Assembly (NCBI GenBank): GCA_963713975.1
Contig: OY970218.1
Location: 3,264,001 to 3,328,000, forward strand
Direction: 5' to 3'
Source of the DNA: an uncultured Chloroflexia bacterium
Lineage (GTDB): Bacteria > Chloroflexota > Limnocylindria > Limnocylindrales > CSP1-4
Length of the DNA stretch: 64,000 nt
Each line of letters starts with the position of its first letter. The first letter of the stretch is position 1. A model generated the notes under the pieces. The model saw only the letters and a program-made list of their open reading frames with translations, was not told where the DNA came from and did not search any database. The translations under genes and the position numbers were made by a program. Below, in pieces: positions 36,482 to 46,060 of this stretch.

Positions 36482-38194
36482 CTACTTGTCGAGCCAGACG
36501 CTCTGGAAGCTCTCGAGGAGTGTCGGGGACGGAATGAAGCCCTTGACGTACGTCGCCGCTGCCGAGGGCGTCTTGCCCGAGGCGATCGGCAGCGCCGGCA
36601 TGTCGGCCAGGATCAGGTCCTGCGCCTTCTCCCAGGCGGCCTGCTGCGCCGACTCTTCGGTCGCGGCGAGCGCGTCCAGCATGGCCTGGTTCATCTCGTC
36701 GTTCTTGTACGCGAACTCGGGGTTCGGGCCGACGGGGTCGCCCCGGTAGCCGAAGTCCGCGGTGTACAGGAAGTTGTCGATCCCCAGCCAGTCGCAGTTC
36801 CAGCCGATGAGCCACATCGGGTACGTTCCCGTGGACTCGGCGGCCAGGTAGTCCGGGCGCCAGGGGGCGGTCTTCGGGTTCGGCTTGAACCCGACGGCCT
36901 CGAGGTCACGCAGGATGGCCTCGAACTCGCCCTTCGGATCGGGCATGTAGGCGCGGCTCACGTCGGACGGATACCAGAAGTCGAACGACAGGTCGGTCAC
37001 GCCGGACTCGGCGATGAGCGCCTTGGCGGCCTCGGGATCGTAAGCCGGGAACGCGAGCTCCTTGGCGAACTTCGTGCCGGGCGGGGCCCAGTTGGAGGGC
37101 ACGACGCCGGCGGCGCCGAAGAATGCGTCGACCATCGCCTGGCGGTTGACGGCGGCGGCGACGGCCTGGCGGATCTTGACGTTGTCGAACGGCTTGTGGG
37201 TCTGGTTCATGGCCAGGATGCCCACGTTGCAGGAGCTGCCGCGATCGATCGCGGCGAGGTTCGGGTCGCTCGCGGCCGCCTCGATGTCGTTGGGCGCGAT
37301 GGCCTGGGCGATGTCGACGTCTCCGGCCTGCAGCGCGTTGAGCGTAGCGGTCGTGTCGGTGATCGGCTTGAACGTGATCTGATCGAGGTACGGGCCGCCG
37401 GCGGCCGCGTTCCAGTAGTCAGGGTTCTTGGTCACGATGACCTGCTGGCCCGGTGTCCACTCCTTGAACACGAAGGGGCCCGTGCCGACCATCGCGGGCG
37501 GCCCGCCGGTCGCGTACGTGTTGTTCGCGAAGTCGGGGGCGCTGGCGTTGCCGGCCTCGAGGGCCGCCGGGCTGGAGATGCCGAACGGCGTCAGCGTCAG
37601 CTGGATCAGGAACGCGGAGTTCGGCGCGTTGAGCGTGACGGCGACCGTCGACGCATCGGGGGCCTCCACCGCCTTGATCGCCGGCGTGATGACCGTGTCG
37701 ATGTAGTAGGTGTAGCCGAGATCGACGTAGGACTGCGGGATGTTCATCCAGCGGTCGAAGTTGAACTTGACGGCAGCCGCATCGAGGGGGGTGCCGTCAT
37801 GGAACTTGACGCCGTCGCGGATGGTGAACGTGTACGTCAGGCCGTCGTCGCTGACCTTCCACTCGGTCGCCAGCGCCGGGACGATCTGGTCGCCGGTGCC
37901 GGGGGCGAGCGTGATCAGCGTCTCCATGACCTGCTGGCCGACGTACGAAGAGTTCGCGTCGTCGATCAGGGCCGTGTCGGTCCGGTTGATGTCGCCGGGA
38001 AGCGCGACGACGAGGGTGCCGCCTTCCGTGATGCCGGCGGCCGGCGCCTCAGTGGCAGGTGCGGCAGTGGCGCCGGGCTCGACGCTCGCCGGAGGTGCTG
38101 CGCTCTCCGGCGCGGTGGTCGCCGTGGACCCACCGCAGGCTGCGAACGCGATCGCCGTAGCAGCGAACAGCGCCCCGAATCGGATACGGGACAT
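36482..38194 (-). CDS. Peptide ABC substrate-binding lipoprotein (family 5, DppA-like)
   Basis: FAAC lipobox, PALATEW, FHDGTPL, GTGPF, RAYMPDP; GGAGGAG RBS. Confidence 0.93.
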   Translation of the reverse strand: MSRIRFGALFAATAIAFAACGGSTATTAPESAAPPASVEPGATAAPATEAPAAGITEGGTLVVALPGDINRTDTALIDDANSSYVGQQVMETLITLAPGTGDQIVPALATEWKVSDDGLTYTFTIRDGVKFHDGTPLDAAAVKFNFDRWMNIPQSYVDLGYTYYIDTVITPAIKAVEAPDASTVAVTLNAPNSAFLIQLTLTPFGISSPAALEAGNASAPDFANNTYATGGPPAMVGTGPFVFKEWTPGQQVIVTKNPDYWNAAAGGPYLDQITFKPITDTTATLNALQAGDVDIAQAIAPNDIEAAASDPNLAAIDRGSSCNVGILAMNQTHKPFDNVKIRQAVAAAVNRQAMVDAFFGAAGVVPSNWAPPGTKFAKELAFPAYDPEAAKALIAESGVTDLSFDFWYPSDVSRAYMPDPKGEFEAILRDLEAVGFKPNPKTAPWRPDYLAAESTGTYPMWLIGWNCDWLGIDNFLYTADFGYRGDPVGPNPEFAYKNDEMNQAMLDALAATEESAQQAAWEKAQDLILADMPALPIASGKTPSAAATYVKGFIPSPTLLESFQSVWLDK

Positions 38195-38488
38195 CGATAC
38201 TCCTCCTCCAGCCGGGTCAGACGACACGAATCGTCAGGCGGGCGGCCCGGCACCGCGGCTCCGCCGTGTGCGGGTGCATGATACTCACCCTACGGCTCAG
38301 TGCCAGCGGAGGTTCGCGCTCGATCGCCGCCTGGCGCGTCCGCCGGCCCGGCGGGCGCCCCGGTCCGGGGAGTCGGTGTAGGCTTCCGGGACGCCACGAC
38401 CAACCCTGGCATCGGGCGCCGGGGGCGTGCAGCCGACCCCCGTACTCCGCCCCCGAACCCCGTATTCCGACCCGGAGCCGCCATCTCC

Positions 38489-40288
38489 ATGACCCCGATC
38501 CGCAGGAGGCTGCCGGCTATCGCGCTCGCGATCCTGGCCGTGGCCGCGTGTGGGAGCGAGCCGGTGCTCACGCCGATCCCATCGGTGGATCCGGCGGCCC
38601 TGGGTGCCACCGCGAAACCGGCGGCCTCCGAGCGCCCGTTCGCCCAGGTGGCGTGGCCGACCTCCGCCAGCGCCTGTGACCTCCCCGACTACGCCGGCCG
38701 CCTGGGCCGGCTCGAGGCCGTCAACGCCCGGACGATCCGGTTCACGCTGTGCGATGCCGATGGGGCGTTCCCCGCCCGTCTCGCCCATCCCGCCCTGGGG
38801 GTCGTCGACTCGGCCACGGTGGACCTCGTGGCGGCCGACCCTGCCTCGGCCCGCCTCGTCGCGGGTGCGGGCGAGTTCCGCGTGGAGGCCTGGGCCGAGG
38901 GTGAGAACGTGCGGCTCGGCCGCGTCCCGAGCAGCACCGCCTCGCCGAGCCCGCCCGCTGCCGGCGTCCCGTCCGGCTCCGCCTCGCCGGTGGCGTCGGG
39001 CGCGCGGCCTGAGGGGCCTGGTTCGCCGCCCGCGACCATCGTGCTCCGCTGGGCCGCGACGTCCGCCGATCGGGCGGCGGCATTGCGCGAGGCCGAGGTG
39101 GACGGCATCGACGCGCCGGCCGCGTCGGACATCGCGGACATGTCGACCCTGCCAGAGATCGTGATCACGCCCCGCCCGGGAACGGCCACGGCCTACCTGG
39201 GGTTCGGGACGGGCCACGGCTTCGGGCAGACGGCGGTCCGGCGCGCGTTCGCCCAGGGGCTCGACTCGGCGGCACTTGCCCGCGACGCCTTCGCTGCCGG
39301 CGCCATCGCGGCCACGCACGTCGCCCCCTGCGAGGTTGCCGGTGGCTGTGCCGGCATGGCCTGGTACGAGTTCAACGGGCCGGCCGGAGCGGCCGCGCTC
39401 GGCCTTGCCGGCTACGACCTCACGGCATCCGTCCCGCTCCGGATCCCCGATGGACCCGTGGCCGGCCTCCCTGATCCAGCGGGGCTGGCGGCGGCCATCC
39501 GCGACCAGCTGCAGGCGAGCCTGGGGGTCACGGCGGAGATCGAGGAGATGCCCGCAGCCGAGCTCGCCACGGCCATTGCCGAGGGAGATCTCGATGGGCT
39601 CTACCTCGGTGGGATCGCGTCGCCCCTCGCGGACGCGTCCGGGTATCTCGAGCCCCTCTTCGGCGCCGACGCGACGGGGACCGCCGTGCAGCGGGCCCGT
39701 GGCGTGACCCGCGCCCTGGGCGATGTCGCCGGGGCCGTCGAGGATGCCGCCCGTCGGGATGCGTTCGGGGCGATCAACGACCGTATCCGGTCGGCCGCGC
39801 CGATCATCCCGCTGGTCCACCCCGGAGCGATGACCGCATACCGGGCCGACGTGTCCCGGGTCGCGATCTCGCCCCTGGGCGTGGATCCGCTGGGCGACTT
39901 CATCGCGGGCGACCGAAGCCAGCTGGTCGTGATGCAGGCCGGGGAGCCGGTCGGCGCCTGGTGTGCCGTCACCACCTCGGTTGAGGCGCTGCAGCTGTGC
40001 GGGCTGGTGACGCCGGGCCTGTTCCGCTTCGCCGGTGCGTCGCTGGTCCCGGTCCCGTCGCTCGCATCACGGTGCGACCCGTCCAAGGACGCAACGGTCT
40101 GGACGTGCCGCCTCCGCAGTGACCTCTCGTTCTCGGACGGCAGGCGCGTGGATGCAGGGGACGTCCTCGCCTCGATGCGGGCCCAGGCGGATGCCGGCAG
40201 CCCGCTCCGCGTCAGCCGGCCGGCGACGACGTTTGCCACCTGGGACGACCTGTTCCGCGGTCCGGTCCCGGCGAACGCCTTGCCCTGA
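38489..40288 (+). CDS. Family-5 solute-binding lipoprotein, apparently circularly permuted
   Basis: VAAC lipobox. Segments homologous to the neighbouring DppA occur in swapped order (see findings). Confidence 0.8.
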   Translation: MTPIRRRLPAIALAILAVAACGSEPVLTPIPSVDPAALGATAKPAASERPFAQVAWPTSASACDLPDYAGRLGRLEAVNARTIRFTLCDADGAFPARLAHPALGVVDSATVDLVAADPASARLVAGAGEFRVEAWAEGENVRLGRVPSSTASPSPPAAGVPSGSASPVASGARPEGPGSPPATIVLRWAATSADRAAALREAEVDGIDAPAASDIADMSTLPEIVITPRPGTATAYLGFGTGHGFGQTAVRRAFAQGLDSAALARDAFAAGAIAATHVAPCEVAGGCAGMAWYEFNGPAGAAALGLAGYDLTASVPLRIPDGPVAGLPDPAGLAAAIRDQLQASLGVTAEIEEMPAAELATAIAEGDLDGLYLGGIASPLADASGYLEPLFGADATGTAVQRARGVTRALGDVAGAVEDAARRDAFGAINDRIRSAAPIIPLVHPGAMTAYRADVSRVAISPLGVDPLGDFIAGDRSQLVVMQAGEPVGAWCAVTTSVEALQLCGLVTPGLFRFAGASLVPVPSLASRCDPSKDATVWTCRLRSDLSFSDGRRVDAGDVLASMRAQADAGSPLRVSRPATTFATWDDLFRGPVPANALP

Positions 40289-40387
40289 CGGCGGCAACGT
40301 CGCCCTGACTTCGCCGGGCGCGGCGTCCGGAGAGCGGTGTGCCCGGGTCATGACCAGCGGCAAGGTCCCGGGCGGATCGCGCCCGGC

Positions 40388-40972
40388 CTACTTGGTCAGC
40401 AGCCGCTGCATCAGGAGTGCCTGGTCCGCGAGCGGGCCGATCAACCGTCGGGCCTCCGCGTAGCGGATCAGCCCGTCCGCCAGCTGCTGGCTGCCGGTGG
40501 TGACCCCGGCGGCGTCGCCGGCGATGAGGGCGAGGTGCAAGGTGGTCGCCCCCGCCAGCATCGCGGGGAACGCCGCCTCGTAGGCTCGGGCGGCCGGTGC
40601 GGTCTCGGGGTACTCGGCGAGGCGCGGGATCTGCGTCTCGAGGCGCTCGATGAGCGTGGCGAGGCCGTCTGCCGCACCAAGCATCGCGTCGAGGTCCTCG
40701 TACGCGGCGGCCGCGCCCAGGTCCGCACCGGCCGCCTGGATCTCCGCGTCCGCCTTCGCCAGGATCATCACGGCCTCAACGATGCCGCCGGGCCAGCGCG
40801 TGGGCGAAGGGGCGGGACTGACATCGCCGGGAGATGGTGGCGCCTGCGACGCCGATGCCGAGGGCGAGCCCGCAGTCGTGGACGGGCTCGCGCCCACGGG
40901 GCTGCATGCCCCCACCAGCGACGCGAGCGCGAGCAGGGCCGCCGCTGCGAACCACGCCCGGAACGTGCCCAT
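40388..40972 (-). CDS. Hypothetical helical lipoprotein
   Basis: Signal peptide with LVGAC, Ser/Pro linker, Ala-rich helices. Alternative GTG at 40993 overlaps the upstream stop. Confidence 0.65.
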   Translation of the reverse strand: MGTFRAWFAAAALLALASLVGACSPVGASPSTTAGSPSASASQAPPSPGDVSPAPSPTRWPGGIVEAVMILAKADAEIQAAGADLGAAAAYEDLDAMLGAADGLATLIERLETQIPRLAEYPETAPAARAYEAAFPAMLAGATTLHLALIAGDAAGVTTGSQQLADGLIRYAEARRLIGPLADQALLMQRLLTK

Positions 40973-40989
40973 CTGACCGGGACCCGGGG

Positions 40990-42681
40990 TCACTCGACGT
41001 CGATGCCCGACGTGACGACCGTGGCCGTCTCGGCGGCGACCTCCGCGACCACCGTCTGGCTGATGTCCTCGGCGAAGTGGCAGGCGACCCGGTGGCCGGC
41101 CTCGGTGAAGGTCCGGAGCTCGGGCACCTCGGTCGTGCATTGCTCGGGATTGCCCAGGCGCTCGCGCAGCCAGCACCGCGTGTGGAAGCGGCACCCGGAC
41201 GGCGGGGCGGCCGGCGACGGCACATCCCCACGCAGGACGAGGCGCTTCTTCCGGCGCCGGGGATCCGCCTCCGGGATCGCGGACAGCAGCGCCACCGTGT
41301 ACGGGTGCCGCGGGTCGGCGTACAGCTGTTCCACGGTGCCGACCTCGACCAGCCTGCCCAGGTACATGACCCCGACGCGGTCCGAGAAGTACTGCACGAC
41401 GGACAGGTTGTGGCTGATGAACAGGTAGGTGAGGTTGAGGTCCCGCTTGAGGTCCAGCAGCAGGTTGAGCACCTGGCTCTGGATCGACACGTCGAGCGCG
41501 GACACCGGCTCGTCCGCGACGATGAAGTCGGGGCCGAGCGCAAGGGCACGCGCGACGCCGATGCGCTGCCGCTGGCCGCCCGAGAACTCGTGCGGGTAGC
41601 GGCGCGTGTACTCGCGCCGGAGGCCGACGAGCTCGAGGGCGTCCTCCACTCGCTTGTCCCGCGCCTTCCGATCCGTCAGCCCCTGCGAGAGCAGGCCCTC
41701 GCCGATGATGTCGCTGATCGGCATCCGCGGATTGAGCGACCCGAACGGGTCCTGGAAGATGATCTGCATGCGGCGGCGAAGCGGCCGCATGTCCTCGGGA
41801 TCCACGTCCGCCAGCTCGTAGCCGTCGAAGACGACCCTTCCGTCCGTGGACGGCGTCAGCTGGATGAGGGTCCGCCCCAGGGTGGTCTTGCCGCAGCCCG
41901 ACTCACCCACGAGGGCGAAGGTCTCGCCGGGCATGATCTCGAAGTCAACGCCGTCCACCGCGTAGACGGTGCCGATCTGGCGGCGGAGCACGCCGCCATA
42001 GATCGGGAAGTGCTTCTTGAGGTTCTGGACCACCACCAGCGGCGCGGTCGCCGCAGCGGGGACAGCGCGCGCGGCGGCATCGCCGGCCAGGATGACACCG
42101 GCGGCAGCTCCGGCGGCTCCGGACGGCGCGGCGTCGGGTGTCACGGGCTCGGACACGACGGTCAGCGGTGCATCGATCGGACGCGCACCCGTCTCCTCCG
42201 GCTTCAGGCGGCGCTCGCGCGTGCCGTCGAACCAGCTCGCGGCGCGGGTGAAGTGCCAGCCCGAGAAGACCGCGAGCACGAACGGCACCAGCAGCCCCAG
42301 CTGGGCGAAGAACACGGAGTTCGGGTCTGTGATCCGATCGCCCATGGTAACCATCAGGTAGCCAAGGACGATCGAGAGCACCCCATCGGTCAGGAGGACC
42401 AGCGCCAGGGCCCAACGCTGGCGGGTCGCCGTGAGCCGCACGACGGCCACGATCACGACCGCCAGCGGGACCACGATCAGGGCCGTGGGCGGCAACACGT
42501 CCAGGACGCCCTTGACCCCGATGAGGATCCCCAGCACGAGGAGCACCAGGAGAACGATGCCGTAGGCCGCGATGCTCAGGAGCAGGGCCCTGCCGTTGCG
42601 GATGCCGACCGGCGGCCGCCGGCGCAGGCGATGGCGGATCTGGAGCTCGGCGGCGGAGGCTGCGTCGGTCGTGGTCGTCAT
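40990..42681 (-). CDS. OppF-type ABC ATPase with N-terminal ~4-TM domain
   Basis: Four hydrophobic segments, an Ala/Pro linker, then [28 protein letters not shown] coupling to the upstream oppD-like stop. Confidence 0.88.
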   Translation of the reverse strand: MTTTTDAASAAELQIRHRLRRRPPVGIRNGRALLLSIAAYGIVLLVLLVLGILIGVKGVLDVLPPTALIVVPLAVVIVAVVRLTATRQRWALALVLLTDGVLSIVLGYLMVTMGDRITDPNSVFFAQLGLLVPFVLAVFSGWHFTRAASWFDGTRERRLKPEETGARPIDAPLTVVSEPVTPDAAPSGAAGAAAGVILAGDAAARAVPAAATAPLVVVQNLKKHFPIYGGVLRRQIGTVYAVDGVDFEIMPGETFALVGESGCGKTTLGRTLIQLTPSTDGRVVFDGYELADVDPEDMRPLRRRMQIIFQDPFGSLNPRMPISDIIGEGLLSQGLTDRKARDKRVEDALELVGLRREYTRRYPHEFSGGQRQRIGVARALALGPDFIVADEPVSALDVSIQSQVLNLLLDLKRDLNLTYLFISHNLSVVQYFSDRVGVMYLGRLVEVGTVEQLYADPRHPYTVALLSAIPEADPRRRKKRLVLRGDVPSPAAPPSGCRFHTRCWLRERLGNPEQCTTEVPELRTFTEAGHRVACHFAEDISQTVVAEVAAETATVVTSGIDVE

Positions 42682-43799
42682 CCGTTGCCGAGCCTGTCCG
42701 GTGCGCCGGTCATGCGCCGGCCCGTCGTCATGTTCTGCTCGTGCCGTGCGACCGCGCGATCCAGCCGCCCGCCCGCCTCGGCAAGGTGGAGGTGGCAGCG
42801 GGCCAGCCGACCGGACGCACCGGCCGGGTACAGCTCGGGTGGCACCTCGCGGCAAGTCTCCCAGCGATACGGGCAGCGCGGCTCGAACCGGCAGTTCGGC
42901 GGCAGGTGGAACGGCGAGGGCACGACGCCCGCGATGGCCGACAGCCGCCCGCCGCGCTTCTCGACGGTCGGGATCGACTCGATCAGGCCCATCGTGTACG
43001 GCATCCGGGGCTCGATCAGGACCTCTTCCACCGTCCCCTTCTCCACGACCTGTCCCGCATACATGACGATCACGTTGTCGACCATCTCCGCGACCACGCC
43101 GAGGTCGTGCGTGATCAGCACCAGCGCGGCACCCGTCCGCTGCTGGATGACCTTGAGCAGCTCCAGGATCTGCGCCTGGACCGTCACGTCTAGCGCCGTG
43201 GACGGTTCGTCCGCGATCAGGAGCTTGGGCTCGCAGGAGAGCGCCATCGCGATCATCACGCGCTGCCGCATCCCACCCGAGAGCTCGTGCGGGTACTGCT
43301 TGGCGCGCCGCTCGGGACTCGGGATGCCCACGAGGCGCAGCATCTCCACGGCGCGATCGCGTGACTCGCGAGCGTTGACGTCGAGGTGCAGCTCCACCTG
43401 CTCGGCGATCTGGTCGCCCACGGAGAACACGGGGTTCAGGGCGGTCAGCGGCTCCTGGAAGATCATCGCCATGTCGTTGCCGCGGATCCGGCGCATGTCG
43501 GGCTCCGGGAGCGAGAGCACCTCCCGGCCATCGAACCAGATCTCGCTGCCCTCGCCGATCTCGGCCGGGGGGATGTCGAGCAGACGCATGATCGTGAGCG
43601 CGGTCACGCTCTTGCCGGAGCCTGACTCACCGACGATGCCCAGGGTCTGGCCCTTGTCGAGCGAGAAGCTGACACCGTCCACCGCCGGGACGACGCCGTC
43701 CATCACCTTGAAGTAGGTCCGCAGGTTGCGGACGTCCAGCAGGGTGTCCTCGGGGGGCGGGGCCCCGAGCCCGGGGCGGACGGTCGAGGTCTCGCTCAT
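42678..43799 (-). CDS. Oligopeptide ABC ATPase (OppD type)
   Basis: [27 protein letters not shown]. Confidence 0.93.
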   Translation of the reverse strand: MSETSTVRPGLGAPPPEDTLLDVRNLRTYFKVMDGVVPAVDGVSFSLDKGQTLGIVGESGSGKSVTALTIMRLLDIPPAEIGEGSEIWFDGREVLSLPEPDMRRIRGNDMAMIFQEPLTALNPVFSVGDQIAEQVELHLDVNARESRDRAVEMLRLVGIPSPERRAKQYPHELSGGMRQRVMIAMALSCEPKLLIADEPSTALDVTVQAQILELLKVIQQRTGAALVLITHDLGVVAEMVDNVIVMYAGQVVEKGTVEEVLIEPRMPYTMGLIESIPTVEKRGGRLSAIAGVVPSPFHLPPNCRFEPRCPYRWETCREVPPELYPAGASGRLARCHLHLAEAGGRLDRAVARHEQNMTTGRRMTGAPDRLGNG

Positions 43800-44758
43800 G
43801 CCTTCGACCTCGGGTCGAACGCGTCACGCAATCCATCGCCGACGAAGTTGACCGCGAGGACGGTGATGATGATCGCGAGCCCCGGGAACAGCGGCCACCA
43901 CCAGTTGCCGAGACCGATGAACTGCAACCCGCCCGACAGGATATTGCCCCAGGTGGGCGAGGTTGGATCCACGCCGAACCCGAGGTAGCTCACGAACGCC
44001 TCCGCGATGATGTTGGCCGCGATGATGAGCGACGCCGCCACCACGATCGGGCTGAAGGCGTTGGGCAGGATGTGCCGGAAGATGATCCTGCGGTCCCTGA
44101 CGCCCGCCGCCGTCGCCGCCTCCACGAACTCCCGCTCCCGGATCGAGAGGAACAGGCTCCGTGTCAGGCGGCTGACGCCCATCCAGGACAGCAGGCCGAA
44201 GATGATGATGATCATCGAGACCGTGCCCCGGCCCAGGAAGTTGGCCGCGACCAGGATCACGAACAGGGTCGGCAGGCTGAGCATGACGTCGACCAGGCGC
44301 ATCAGGGCATTGTCGACGACGCCCCCGGCGAATCCGGCGATGGAGCCCACGATCGTGCCGATCAGGACCCCGATGGCCATGCTGGAGAAGCCGATCAGCA
44401 GGGACGTCCGGGCGCCGTTGACGACCAGGGTCAGGACGTCACGCTGGAGGCCGCCGGTCTCGCCCATCGGGTGCTGCAGGGACGGGGGCCGGCCCGCCTG
44501 GACAAACTCGTCCGGCTGCGGGATATCGGTGAAGCTGAAGGGCATCAGCATCGGGCCCACGACCGCCGTGAGCAGCAGCGCGAGGATGATGCCCAGGCCG
44601 ACCAGCGCCAGCTTGTGGCGGCGGAACTTGCGCCAGGCAAGCTGCCACTGGTTGAGGGATTGGAGCCCGACCTCGTAGTCCTCTGCGGCTGACGGATCAG
44701 GATCGACGATCTCGGTGACGTCGATGAGGCTCGAGGGGTGCTGGGGGGTCTGGGTCAT
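43796..44758 (-). CDS. Oligopeptide ABC permease (OppC type)
   Basis: AWRKFRRHKLA, REFVEAA, RHILPN, PTWG. Confidence 0.92.
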   Translation of the reverse strand: MTQTPQHPSSLIDVTEIVDPDPSAAEDYEVGLQSLNQWQLAWRKFRRHKLALVGLGIILALLLTAVVGPMLMPFSFTDIPQPDEFVQAGRPPSLQHPMGETGGLQRDVLTLVVNGARTSLLIGFSSMAIGVLIGTIVGSIAGFAGGVVDNALMRLVDVMLSLPTLFVILVAANFLGRGTVSMIIIIFGLLSWMGVSRLTRSLFLSIREREFVEAATAAGVRDRRIIFRHILPNAFSPIVVAASLIIAANIIAEAFVSYLGFGVDPTSPTWGNILSGGLQFIGLGNWWWPLFPGLAIIITVLAVNFVGDGLRDAFDPRSKA

Positions 44759-44766
44759 CGGGGCGC

Positions 44767-45888
44767 TCAGTACTTGATCCGGGGATCGATGACCCCGTAC
44801 ATGATGTCCGCCAGCAGGTTCGCCATCACGACCATGATCGCGGTCACCAGCAGGACGCCCATCAGGATCGGGTAGTCGAACCCGCGGGTGGCGTCGATCG
44901 TCAGCTTCCCCACGCCGGGCCACGAGAAGATCGTCTCGGTCACGATTGCCCCGGTGAACAGGAACGGGATCTCGAGGCCGATGTTCGTGATGACCGGCAG
45001 CAGCGCATTGCGCAGCGCGTGCTTGAAGTTGACGGCGCGCTCATGCAGGCCCTTGGCCTTCGCCGTGCGCACGTAGTCCTGACCCAACGACTCCAGCATG
45101 CTCGCCCGGACGAAGCGGCTGTCGCCCGCGATGTTCACCACCACGAGCGTGATGACCGGCAGGATGAGGTGCTTGCCGATATCCATGATCGCCTCGACCG
45201 GATTGCTGGCGAAGTACGTCCAGTAGGCGTCGCTGCCGAAGGCGGGCGAGATGCGGGTCTCAGTCATGCCGCTGGCCGGGAGGATGTTCAGGCCGGGACC
45301 GCTGAAGAGGAAGATAAGCATCATGCCCAGCCAGAATGTGGGCATGGCAAAGCCCACATAGGCGAACACCGTGGACACGTTGTCGAACAGCGAGTAGCGG
45401 TGGATGGCGGCATACACGCCGATCAGGATGGCGAAGGTGAGCCAGATAACCAGCGCCACCCCGGCCAGGATGATCGTCGGCACGGCGGCCCGTGCGATGC
45501 GGTCCGCCACCGCCTCGCCGGAGTTGATCGAATAGCCGAGATCACCGTGCAGCACGCCGTTCGAGGCGCCGCTCAGGAAGGTCGGCAGGAAGTTGGGGAG
45601 GCCCGTCGGGCCGATGAACGCGGCCGGCACCGGCAGCGAGCCGAGCCAGACGCCCTCGGTGTCGGGGTTGCAGAAGCCCATCCAGCGGCAGTACTGGATC
45701 GGGATCGGCTGGTCGAGGCCCCAGGCCTTGACGAACGCGTCCTTCTGCGTCTGGGTCATGCGGGGGTTGTTCGCGAACTTGGCCTGCGGTCCGCCGGGCG
45801 CCGCCAGCAGGATTCCGTACACGACGACCGTGATCCCGAACAGGACGGGGATCGCCTGGATCAAGCGGCGGATCACGAATTTTGTCAT
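44767..45888 (-). CDS. Oligopeptide ABC permease (OppB type)
   Basis: GLDQP, GDLGYS, QDYVRTAKAKGL, ETIFSWPG, DPRIKY. Confidence 0.93.
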   Translation of the reverse strand: MTKFVIRRLIQAIPVLFGITVVVYGILLAAPGGPQAKFANNPRMTQTQKDAFVKAWGLDQPIPIQYCRWMGFCNPDTEGVWLGSLPVPAAFIGPTGLPNFLPTFLSGASNGVLHGDLGYSINSGEAVADRIARAAVPTIILAGVALVIWLTFAILIGVYAAIHRYSLFDNVSTVFAYVGFAMPTFWLGMMLIFLFSGPGLNILPASGMTETRISPAFGSDAYWTYFASNPVEAIMDIGKHLILPVITLVVVNIAGDSRFVRASMLESLGQDYVRTAKAKGLHERAVNFKHALRNALLPVITNIGLEIPFLFTGAIVTETIFSWPGVGKLTIDATRGFDYPILMGVLLVTAIMVVMANLLADIMYGVIDPRIKY

Positions 45889-46005
45889 CGGCGTCTCGCC
45901 TCAACCCCGAATGCGGCTTGCTGGGTGGACAGAGGGCCGTCTGGGGACGCGCCCGAGGACTGCGCGGAAGGTACACCCACCCGGGCATGCGCTGCCGGAC
46001 AGGAG

Positions 46006-46036
46006 AACGGGGCGCCCGACAGGCGGGCGCCCCGTT
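46006..46036. terminator. Intercistronic hairpin after the oppA-like gene
   Basis: AACGGGGCGCCCG-5 nt-CGGGCGCCCCGTT perfect 13-bp stem. Confidence 0.6.
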
Positions 46037-46060
46037 TTCAGATGCGGGACTGAGCGGAGC

